Origin: Macrostomum hystrix
Lineage: Eukaryota > Animalia > Platyhelminthes
Reading direction: 5' to 3'
Assembly: GCA_950097015.1 (NCBI GenBank)
Contig: CATNEN010000001.1
Span: 10,602,001 to 10,666,000, forward strand
DNA length: 64,000 nt
Shown here: positions 12,974 to 24,400 of the stretch, piece by piece
How the letters are laid out: each line of letters begins with the position of its first letter
Numbering within the stretch: the stretch's first letter is position 1
The notes under the pieces: model-generated
Seen by the model: the letters and a program-made list of their open reading frames with translations, nothing else
What the model was told of the DNA's origin: nothing
Databases searched by the model: none
Translations under genes and position numbers: made by a program

Positions 12974-15136
12974 TCAAGTGCAGTACACCTCTTCCACTGG
13001 TTTCGCCTTCTTTGTTTCATTCTCGATGTACTTCAGGATGGCCATGTACACGAAGCGGTACTGCGGCTCAGTCTGGATCATGCCTGAGCGCTGCGTTCTC
13101 AGATTCCTGGCCGCGCGGAAGATGTCCAGGTCCGAGTTGATGCCGATCGCTTGCAGCTGGTTGATGAGGATGTCCAGAATGATGAAGGTGCCAGTGCGGC
13201 CGATGCCGGCGCTGCAGTGGACCACGATGGGCGGTCCGGGGCGTGGCTGCCCTGCCCGGATTCGCTCCACCAGCTGGTTCATGTCTCGCAGCAGCGTCAG
13301 AACTGACGTCGGATCAGTTGGCACGCTGTGATCGGGCCAGGCCAGGTACTGGAAGTGGTACAGGATGCGCGGCGGCTCCTTGCTAGCGGTGTGGCTAACC
13401 TCCAGCTTAGTCAAGGTGTAATCGTGCTTCAGTGTTTCCTCCAAGAAGCGAATGATGAACGCGTTGCCGGATTCGCCGATGTCCACCTGCTTGACTTGGT
13501 CATCTCGATTTGACCAGTACTTTGCGCACTTGTTCTTGCCGCCTTCAACCTCTTTGGTTGTCATGACGATGACTTGGGCTTTCTCCTGCCAGATCATGCG
13601 CCAGAAGTCGACTACAGTCGCCTGCAACGGACCCTGGCTAGCAATGTAGACATTGTGGTTAGGCAGATGCAAATCAGGACAAATGTAGTTTGCGTTGACG
13701 TAGTCATTCAGTGGCGGATCCACCTTATCCAGCAGCTTGACCCGTGTCTCATCGTAAGGCAAGATGTTCTTGAACCGATTCTTATTTCGATTCGCCGCCT
13801 TGAAGCCCTCAGTCTTGGGCTTCTCCCGATTGTCTTCATCGAACTTTGTTAGCTGCATGTACTCATCGCTGAAGCCGCTCTCTTCCGAGTGCCCCAGATC
13901 GTTTATTCTGTACTTTATAGTGGTGGCTTTCAAACTCGACGTGTTCACCGGCTTCTTCAGCTTGTAGCTGATGCCGTCTGAGTCAACCATGCTGCGCTCC
14001 TTGTAGAAGCTGACGAGCTCTGGCACAGACATGAAGGTGCTGTCCTGAGACAAGTAAAATTTCTGTTGACCGCGCGAGTCTTGACCTTTGCGGATTTGCA
14101 CGTGAACCACCTGGCTGTTGGGGCCTACTATCGAGATAACGTATAATGGTTCGCCGTGAGCCGCTAGCCGGATTAGGAAGCTGCCCTCCGGCTTGTTTTC
14201 AAGCAGGGCTGCTGCCCGCTTGCCGTTGATGTTGCGGTGGAACCAGCGGTCATCCAGGAACACCGGGTTGTCCTTGAATATCGGCTGACTAAGGCGCACC
14301 TGCAGGTTGTTGGACAGGTTCAGCGTGTGCTTGCTGGATGTGTAGTGCTGGATGATGTCGAAGGTTGACGCGAACTGCTCCGAGTCGCCCTCAAGCTGAT
14401 AAAACTCGCCATTGCAGACGATTTTGACGTGGATGACCTTGGAGCGATTCAGTACCGATAGTACAGTGGCCTGGACTCCGTTGTCGCTTCGTGATTTCGA
14501 GCTCGGGCGAAGCAGGAAGGCGCCTTCAACGCCGTGAGTGGCTAGAAGGCTCTCCGCTGTGGGCCCATTGATTTTGTGATAGCACCTTTGGATGGAGGAG
14601 GATTTTCGTTTGAAATTTTTTAATTATAGATTTTTTCCAGTCAGTTTTTTGCCTTGTTAAAAGGTTCAGAAATGAAGATTTTTCAAGCATGTGGTGCTTC
14701 TCTGTACAAGTATTTGATTTATAGAATAATATTAGTAATATTACTAATGACAAATTACAATGGCACCGATTGAGCCAGATGTGCAGCCGACAGCACAGCT
14801 GCAGCTATGGCGCGGTGCATCTGAAGGCTGCGTACTGCTTCTCAGTCCATGGACTTGGGGGGACGCCACACCCACCCACAATTAACCAAGCAATGCTGGT
14901 ACCCATTTAATATCTGGTTAAACTGAAGCAATGCGGAGTTAAGTGTCTTGCTAAAGGACAAACTGTTTCAGTGGAGTCGAACCCCTGACCTTCTAGTTAT
15001 GAGTCTGACACTCTAAACACCAGTCTTGAATTCCTTCACTAGGCCACAACGTCACCCAACCCTAACAGTCCAAGACCAGTCCAAGACAAAAGTATTCTAC
15101 TCACAAAGTGGAGGTCGGCATGAATGACACCGTCAT
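12974..15136 (-). CDS. PTPN11: SHP2/SHP1/corkscrew-like tyrosine phosphatase (SH2-SH2-PTP), 547 aa, 2 exons
   Basis: Exon 1 15136-15105 (MTVSFMPTST-tt|gtgagt) joins in phase 2 to exon 2 14585-12974. N-SH2 CYHKINGPTAESLL..GAFLLRPS; C-SH2 WFHRNINGKRAAALL..GSFLIR; PTP motifs NRFKNILPYD, DYVNAN, YIASQGPL, DFWRMIWQ, WPDH, VHCSAGIGRTG, QRSGMIQTEPQY. Confidence 0.93.
14752..15023 (-). mobile_element. tRNA-derived CORE-like SINE (family A), in the SHP2 intron
   Basis: Aligns with the copies at 33661-33971 and 52490-52785 (gatgtgcagccgacagcacag..ctgaaggctgcgtac..cagtccatggact..gagttaagtgtcttgctaaagga..gtggagtc). Confidence 0.85.
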
Positions 15137-16224
15137 GCTTATTATCTGGAGTTTTTTACAGTCAAACAGCGCGATGATTTTGTGAGCTGCTAAGAATTGA
15201 AGCGCTTTCGAATTTTGTCTAAGATAGCTGAAGCCAGGTATCTGCCTAATTAAAGAGAAAAGCAGGTTCTCTCAATTTCCGGTGTCAAAGTAGGAGAGCT
15301 GTTGAATCGCAAGCAACAAGCTTCATGACCAGCTAGATGCTATCTCGATGCGAAGTTTGTTCAAAAACCTAGCCTCTTAATAACATCGCTAGCAAGTTAG
15401 CTCGCTGGGCCTGGGTTGGACCACATCAGAATGCATAAACTATTGTATCTATTTTTAAATGCCAAGCTTAGTCCCAATGTCAAACAGCGTACAGGCTGAC
15501 GCGTTGAAGATGTTGCTGTTTAAATTGCTTTGATTCGGACGGAACGCAGCTGACTAGGCTTGTTTGTCACCCTGTCGAATTGTCGGCATTTGCTTATTGG
15601 CGATTGCATTGGCTCGCTTGGAATCTGAACATGGTTAAAATACTAATAGTTTGCTAATTTAAACTGTAAGGTTAATAATAAATCACCAGAAACATACCGA
15701 ATCAGAAACTAAAAGCTAGTATTTCGAGATACGGAAAGTACACAGTCAGAGTGGTCGATGATGCACAAACAAGTCGTGATCCAAGCCAAGGCAGAGAAGC
15801 CACTCGCTTGTTCTCCATCCATCGATGGCTTAGCAAACAAATGGCCCAGGCAAACACCGCTGCAATTCCATCAGCTGTGTTTGCTTTGAATATTCTCAAG
15901 GCCCAGTTGCGGTTGGGTCAACGACAAGTGTTCCCACTAAGCGGAGAAGGAATACAGACTTCTAGTCGGGCATGAGCGGGGAAATTATGAGCATTTTCCC
16001 AGCAACTATGATTAAACTGCAGAATTGGATTTCAACACCAATTGCATTGAGGTGTAAAAGGATCAAAAAACTTGGATATGATAATCCTGTCCGCTTTTGT
16101 ACAGATCTGGATTTAACGATATTTATTTTTCCATTGACATGAAATTTCGCACATTTGAAATGTACAATTAAATTTGCTTATTCAGAAAGTATAGAATATA
16201 GAAATGACACTTTGTCTAGTGGGT

Positions 16225-16430
16225 ACACCACAGGCTGTGTACGGTTTTTAAGTCCATGGACTGGGGAGGTCGCCGCACCCACCCGAATTTCTGGCCCAGC
16301 TGATGCCATTTTATACGTTGAACTGAAGCACAAAGTCATTAAGTGTCTTGCTTAAAGGGAATTTTTACTTTCGGTAAATATTCGAACTCATGACCTTCCG
16401 GTCAGAAGTTTGAAACTCCAACCGAAGGAC
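16225..16430 (-). mobile_element. Degenerate SINE family A copy
   Basis: aggctgtgtac..agtccatggactgggg..cagctgatgc..gaactgaagca..ttaagtgtcttgct..ttcgaactcatgacctt. Confidence 0.7.
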
Positions 16431-16655
16431 AACGAGCTCATTGTGACATGTACAGCAGATACTATAGTGAAAACATGAATTGTATTTGAATGAGATACTA
16501 TGTTGCCAAATAAGACTAAAAGGAATATTTTAGTAAAAAGAAAAATTAAAAAACTAAAAAACTAAAAATTAAATGACAGTCGCTTGGCCGAATTTTGAAG
16601 GTTCTTTTACTTCTGTCTAAAAAAATCTGACGGCAGTTGCTTTTCGCCAGCTACG

Positions 16656-17512
16656 TTGGTCTGCATTCGTGCTGAAGTGCAGAGGTACTTGACTCTCGTG
16701 CTGAAGCGTCGAACAAATATTATTTGCAGTGACGAGTTCGCCACTGCCAACCGGATGCTGCGAGTAAAGGTGCGGCATTTTCATGCTGATGGAGGCACTG
16801 TCAATCAGCACGAGCCAATAGAAGAAGGTGATTTACAGAAAACGCGTGCTTATTTTTACCGTTCTACAGCTGAACGGTTGCAAGATGAAGTACTATTTAC
16901 GCTGCTGTATGTCCTGGGCGAGAGAGCTCAAGAACACATGTCAAGTCTAAAGCAAGTTGGCACGCTCCTAGAAGAAGTCGACGCTGATGGGAATCCATAT
17001 CTTGCGTTGCCGCCGTTAAAGACAAAAAACCAGAGTAGTGATCCAACAAAATGCAAGGGAAATCAGAGCAAACAGAGTCGGATCTACGGCGCTCAGCGGG
17101 AGTTGATCCTGCATTATCAGAGTTTGTTACCGCAGAATTCGTCCTCGAATTCGTCCTACTAACGAAGCACGTTAGTAGTGTGTGCAACCTCTCCAAGCAG
17201 TACACGAATCACTGCATACGCGTCACGCGTATTGCGGATCTTTTCGACAAAGGAATGCCTATGGGTGAGATAATGGCGGTAACGGGACAACGATCGGAGT
17301 CCACTGTTCGACGTTATCTCGCACGCAAGCGTGACAGAACCCTCAGGAAGGTTGCTACCGCTGTTAGTGACAATTTGGCCCCACCAACCGAGGCGACTAC
17401 GAGTGCAACCACTAGTGCAACAGTCATGCAGCAAGCTCAAGTTGACATGCGAAGTGTGCAACAGCCGATGTTTGCCAAATGCCTCTTCGATGGGTGCACG
17501 TTCAACTTCTAA
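16656..17512 (+). pseudogene. Disrupted tyrosine recombinase of Crypton/DUF3504 (ZMYM/KCTD1/QRICH1-like) type
   Basis: Frame 1 carries EPIEEGDLQK..STAERLQDEVLFTLLYVLGERAQE..KTKNQ. Frame 2 carries CNLSKQYTNHCIRVT..GEIMAVTGQRSESTVRRY (H-x-x-R and terminal Tyr of the YR fold). The frame switch and apparent internal deletion fall at the short direct repeat gaattcgtcct x2 (~17135-17157). Confidence 0.8.
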
Positions 17513-18444
17513 CAAAGAATATATAGCTCGTACTTATAAGTCTTTACTGTCGAAAATTAAATACTTGGTATTCGTTTGCTTTGCTATATCCTCGATCTGT
17601 TTCCTGTTAAAGTTCTTGTTGCTTAAATTAATAAAAACTGTGAATTTCTCGCTCATAATCTATGGCAATTTATCGTGACTTTACAGCTTCATTAAAAAAT
17701 GCATTAAAAAACTATAGTCTATATGATAATGACCGCAGCCACGAGTGCATCTACTATGTACAATCAACCTTAGTATCCAAGCTGTAGCTTCTATCCTATT
17801 GTCATACTGAATAGCCAACAGAGGGGCTCTGCCATAGACAGGAGCATTAGCCACGATTGCACGCTGATGATTGGACAATAATTATTGCGTTCTGATTGTT
17901 GACTGTCTATTGTAAAATCCCCATTATTTTGAGTCCCTTGTTGGCTGGACGATATGAAATCGATGTATTCACAAGTCCCGATTAATTTCGCTGATGTATA
18001 CTTTATAGCATTTATCAGTAAGTAGTACTCTTTCTACTTGCCCATAATTCTTTCTGCCTTTCATCTGATAGTAAAGCAGCTCAGTATTGATGTTTTCCCG
18101 AAGTCAATCAGAATCATTGATTTCTTTCCTCTAGAACGAGTTTTACCTTCTTCTCTCAGACTGAATCTATATTTAGCATCAGGCAATAGAATTCACATAG
18201 GCATTGTCTTTGTATTGAGATTCGCTTTCATTGAGAACTCTTCGATCCCACATTTATAGATACTTTAAAGCTTTTATAGTAGTCTCGAAAAGGGGCACAA
18301 TTGAACCTATTAGAAAAGGTGGGGTCAATTTTTTTTTCATGAAATGCGAGAAGGTATTTTTGTTGGCATGTGTTTTAAGGAGAAAAAACAAATTACAATT
18401 TGAATTAAAAATTGTTTTCATTACCATTATTGTCCATATGACAG

Positions 18445-21400
18445 CCTGTCAGTGGTCAGGTGGCTATCACGGCATCCTAGCTATCGGAGACTGCAAGCTG
18501 GTAGCTGTTGCTGCTGAATTAGCTAACTCAATGAGACTGCCGCTGATAGCAGTGCCGACGGGTCTGTGCGACTACAACCATTGGCTCAACAGTGAGTTCG
18601 TTGTTGGTGTGGCGGGTGAGAACTTTTTCTGTGGTAATGGGACAGGAAAAGACAGGGTTAAATTTCGAAGACCAGACTTAATTGATTCAACATTCAACGA
18701 ACAGGAGGGCAAATTCTCTCTTAAAAAAACCTAATCCAGCGTCAGATTTCACTGTCTAAAGACAAAGTGCATTTTAGCAGTCGTCAATTAAAAAATCTTG
18801 ATTTCTTACTGCTATGGTAACATGGATCATTGCTCCGGACAAATACCCAACCATCCAAGTTACTCACACTGTCACTAAGGTCTACCTGGTTTTTCTAATT
18901 AGCTGCTGTTTTGCTCGCATTATTTTTTGGAAATTTGAGTGAAAGACAAAATTTAACAAGCTAAATAAAGTGTTTCCTTTCGCGAGTCTCGGCTACATAG
19001 CGTCTCTCGCATACTCTCGAAACAACCACTACGTTTTAGATTACACATCGATTGCGATGGAGTCCCCAGCCTGGTACCTGCGGGCCACTGTCGTTTCAAT
19101 GCACTTACATCGAACTGTTGATTCCGTATTGATTCTGTACGACAGTGGTCAAGGTTGGTACAGTATTAGTATTTGTATTTTTACTTCATTACAGGAAGTA
19201 GAGATTTACGAACTAATTAAGGACAAAAATTATGGGGGAAACACTTTTGTCTCTGGCACCTGAGCTCGAATCCGCGGCAAGGTCACATTTATTTCAGTGT
19301 CGCGGCTTAGTTTAAATTTCCCGAAATGCTGATCATAGATATCATAGATTGGTTACTACGGTAACCAACAGACAAAAGCATCTAAAAACCTCTCTACTAA
19401 AAAATTTCAGCGACTTCCATCCTAGAAGAGCTGCAGGCATGCTTGGCGATGCAATTTCCAAAGTTAGCCAGCAGTGCCTATCTGGTGGACGTCATTGCGC
19501 CGTCGGGCAATTCAACTGGCAATTCAACCGTTCAATTATTCAGCCTCATCAGAAAAATGAAGACCGGAGTCAATTTTGTCATTCTCATCGCAAGCGAACC
19601 AAAAGTGCTTGACGTCATTCGACTGGTAGTGACTAGATTAGATAGATCATGCATCAATTATAAATTATAAATCATTTATGGTAAAGTCTAACAGGATCTG
19701 ATTATATCTAACAGGATCTGACCATGTTCAACAGGATCTGGCCTCATTTAACAGTATCTGACCGTATTTAACAGTATCTGACCGTATTTAACAGTACATA
19801 TCTGACCGTATTTAACAGTATCTGACCGTATTTAACAGTATCTGACCGTATTTAACAGTACATATCTGACCGTATTTAACAGTATCTGACGGTACTAAAC
19901 AGGATATAACCTTGTTTAACAGGATATAACCTTTTTTAACAGGATATAACCTTGTTTAACAGGATCTGACCATGTATAACAGGATCTGACCATGTATAAC
20001 AGGATCTGACCATGTATAACAGGATCTGACAATGTATAACAGGATCTGACCATGTATAACATGAACTGACCATATCTAACATCACCTGACCATTTCTCAC
20101 AGAATCTAACATTGTCAGTGGCAGACAAAGCTTAAAAGCCAGTATTTAATCCATCGCATCCATTGCTCCGAGCAGGCAGCCTCCAACGGATTCCTCAGCG
20201 TGAACATCAACTGGATGGTGATCAGTCCCGCCATCAGCCCGAACCAGCTGCTGTCCCTGATGCCAGTTAGTTATCAAATTGGTGCGCCAAATCTACTGTT
20301 GATTCGCGGCCCAACCAATGGCCAGCTCGCCGGCGGTGTCTGCTCCGTAGATCTTGCCGCAATATTTGACGGCTGCAAGGCTGACGATGTGCAGGTGAAA
20401 AAATCTAGGAAAAATTTAGATTGAAAAGACCACACTTTCCCCCCCTGGGGAAAGACCAGGGGGGTATTTCAAATACTCACTGTCTACTTCTCGATAGCTC
20501 CCGATTTCATTGCGATTAGTGGCTTTTCTGGAAGATGCAGAAAAAAGAGAAAAATGCTTGTATTTGAAATACCCCCGTGATCTTTCTATTGTTAAAGCCG
20601 TTCTTGGAGGGGGGCGAGTGGCAGAGCGGTTAACGCATTTGCCTCTCGCACCAAGGTCCCTGAGCTCGATTCCGCGGCGAGGCGACATTTATTTTGGGGC
20701 TCAGCCGCTGAGAAGGCTTGGGGCTTGCCGTGAAATTTACGCCCTTGAGGGCCAACCTCCAAGGCACATTGAGGTGTACACTACCTGACGATGAGGAAGT
20801 CAGGGAAGATGTACACCTGTATCAGCATGTGCCTGCGTACAGTATCTGTGTGCGTGTGTACTCAGGAGTCAGTGGAATCGGCAGAATTGCTTTCTCTCTG
20901 GCAATTGGTCTACTGTCACAAAACGATGTCTCATTGCTCACAGCAAATATTCCTGCAAATATTATGATCATTATTAAGCCCTTCTTGGGGTAAGTTTAAG
21001 ATCAGCACACTTTGATTGCAGGCCGTACAAGTTCGAGTGCTCGACGCCCTTCTCGAGTTTGGTCGAGCTTTTCACAACGTCCTTGGCAACGGTACTTCTT
21101 ATCTTATTAATGACACTAGCGTACTTAGCAACGGTATCCAATCGGTCAGCAATGCATCCTGCACAGGAGGAGGATGGAATGGTGGGCCTGAGGCCGCTAG
21201 ATTTATAAGAAACGTGAGTCCCGTTTTAGGATTGCAATACGAAACAAAAAAACAAAGATGTTACTCACATATCCGGGCATGCAACTGATTTCAGGCCGAC
21301 AGCTACGTATCTGCAGTATCGACTATAAAATTCAACTCGACTACTGGCGATCTGCAAAGCGGCTATCTGGAATTCTTCGCCCTTCAGAGTGCACCCTCCG

Positions 21401-24400
21401 CTGCTGCCAGATTCTTAGAAAGCGGTCGCTATTATCCGCACAATGGCAGTGTCGTCGCCACATATCCGAGCCGGTATAGGCGCCTGGTGTTTCCAAACAC
21501 TTTTGTCGGATTCACGAACCTGACGCTCAATATTTGTACTGTGGTGGTGAGTCTGCTCAATGGCCAGCCTGTCATGGTTTGTTCTGTGGGTGAGTGGCAG
21601 AGTGAGTGGCAGAGGGGGTAAGTGGCAGAGCAGTCTAACCCGTCTGCCTCTCGCGCCAAGGTCCCTTGAGCTCGATTCTGCGGCGAGGCCCCACTCTCGC
21701 CACATTGAAGCGCAGCCGCGGAGAGAATGCTTAGTGGCAATTTACGCCCTTGAAGGGCCAAACTCCAAGTCACAGTTAGAGTGTACACTGCTTGACGATC
21801 AGAAAGTCAGGGCAGATGTACACACTTGTGTGTCTAGGTTTGTCTAGGTACAGTATCTGTGTGTGTGGCCTCAGGAGCCAGCGAAATGGGAAGAATTGTC
21901 GCCTCGCTGGCTGCGAATCTGCTGTCACCAAATGACCTGCCAATTGGGGGCGAGAGGGGTCAGCGGCTAACGTCGCTGCCTCGCACTCCAAAGGACGCTA
22001 GTTCGATTCACCCTTCAGGTCACGATTAATTTCGGTACTTGTTGGGGGGGTTTGGACAGTAGCGACCGGCGGAGGTGCACCATATTTCGTGCAATCAAAG
22101 CTTGAAAAATAGCTTCGCTCCTACCTTTCTGTGTGCCTGTTCTGCGTTGTATGAGTTATGTGCGTTGGCGCTGGGGCGTTAGACCTTGCGGGGGGTGGCT
22201 GGGGGGCGGGTGTACACCGCCGCGCGCTCATCTGGATTTCCGTAAGCGCGATTGGATAAAGTGTACACTCGTCACCCGCCCCCCCCTGAGGACTGATTTC
22301 TATCAGCCTTCCGCCCCGGCTTGGTCTGCTCTGTGCGTGTGCGGGCCTGGGGTGAGAGGCACTCCGGCTGCCGCCCCCTTCCCCGCTTGGCTTGCTGCTG
22401 TGTGTGTGAGGTGCCTGCTCAGGGGAGGCGGCGCGATGGGCGGCTCTCGCCTAGTTCGCCGGCCTGGGGGCATGCCGTTCCTGTGTTTGTGCGTCAAGTG
22501 CCCCAGGTCCCCCTGCAAAGTAAGTAAGTAAGACGTGCCAATTGCGTTTTGTAAACATTTTTATCTGGGGGGATCTAAACCCTCAAGCGAAGCCTCAAGA
22601 AATCAAGAAGGCCCCTCAAGAAAACACGACTCAAGGCTGGAGCAGAGACAGGAAAACTAAGAAAGGGTGCCACAAGAAATTCACTCGCTACTGCAAGGGG
22701 AGGGGATGATTCTCAACGCTGCTACTTAGATTCTCATCAATCCTCATTTCAGACGTCACCCTACTCAATCAACGTGAGCTCACTAGGCCAAAGAGAGAAG
22801 CCGTATCACTCGGCCTTGCTGGATGTGTTCGCTCAGAATTTGCAGTTTAAGTACGCAATTAGTAATCTTCATTTAATTGGAATATCTAAGTTATAGTACT
22901 ATTTATTAAACTGTCGGTTATTTCATATTAAAGTCACAGTTTACCTGTTTCAGCTATGTTCTAATTGAACCCACTGGAGCTACTGTAGATCAGCACCAGT
23001 TTTGTATTAACGAGATTCTGAGCGGGGTAAGCTGTACTAAATATCTGCGTCTAGTAGGATTTTTTGATGTTCGGAATTCACAAATCTTGTGTTAAAGACT
23101 CATAATTTCGGGTATTTGGTTCTTTGTGGGAGCTGTTGCAAAATTTCTTGAAAATCACGACGTCGTTTAGGTACCACAGTATAGGCCCCGTTTGTTTTGG
23201 TCTGCTAAATGTCTTTACAAGTTGACAGCAAACAATCGATTCGCAGCTCATTTTCTCGTTTGAAGCGCGCAAGTTTTGCCTTGCTGTTCGACGCGAAAAG
23301 AAACGAAACGTCGCCAATCGACTATTCGCTCGAGCTGTCACCAACCTGGCTGGGGATTTTATCCAAGCGGCCTGCTAGAAGTAGCCGCATGTGGGCCTTC
23401 TACCGACCCTTTGACGCCATGGTTTGGATCACCGTCCTGGCATTCATGCTGGCTGCATCCTTGGTTGTGTTCCTGTTGGCCTACTTCAACGATTTCTCTG
23501 GTCCGAATCTGGAACTGCCCTACGCCATATCTGATGAGGTCTGGTTCCAGGAGTACATGTTCTCAGTTTTAAGCAGCTTCCTATTGCAGGGCCACGATTT
23601 CTATCCGCTAGCTCTGAGTCCGCGAATTGTCTTGGCCTTCTGGTGGATGCTTACCGTGATTATCTACGGCGCTTATACAGGTGATTTCCGGCAAAATCTA
23701 GTCGATTCGAGAAAGCTCTTGTACCAGTTTTAGGGGCTAAAGTTTCCCAGCTTTATGAGCCCGACTGTACGCTCGTACCTGTACCTATCACTAACAAATC
23801 ATGGCTCATAGCTATTTGTTAAAAATGTATTAGCATTTATCTGAAAAAAATTGGGTGGGTGTGGCGTGGCGTCCCACCCGTCCATGGACTGAACAGCCGT
23901 ACGCAGTCTTAGCTGCTAGCTAAGTCTTCGCAATAGCTGCGGCTGTGCTGTCGACTACACATCTGGCCTAATCAGGGCAGGTACGAGTATATTCAGTTAT
24001 CTTAGACTTTCTAATTTTTATTTCTTTAAACCTCAGGTGAGCTAGCAGCCCAGCTGACCATGATCAACTCGCCGGAACCAATCAGCTCTCTAGACAAACT
24101 GACCGAATCAGCTGACTACAGTGTACTCATGCCAGGTAGTTTGTCTGGCTCAGCCAGCCTTCCAAGCAGCTTATTGTCGCGACTGACTATGGTAGCTGAT
24201 TCCGGAATTGGGTGCTCAGAGAGTGTAAGTTAATGTGCTCCAAGATTGTATCTTGATTTTGAAGTTCCAGAGACGATGAAGAAAGCCGGAGGATTCACGC
24301 ACAAACTTTCGAATTTTTAAGGTTCTTCGCAGTCCCGATAGCTCATTGATCTCCTGCATCGCAGAGAAGAACATTGTTAACTATTACTCTACAGTTTACT

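Noticed and set aside
20778-20820. Hammerhead ribozyme (CTGACGA) in SINE B; also CTGATGA on the minus strand at ~26490
   Set aside because: There is no stem II followed by GAAA and no stem III/NUH. In SINE B the CTGAC is itself paired in a simple hairpin.
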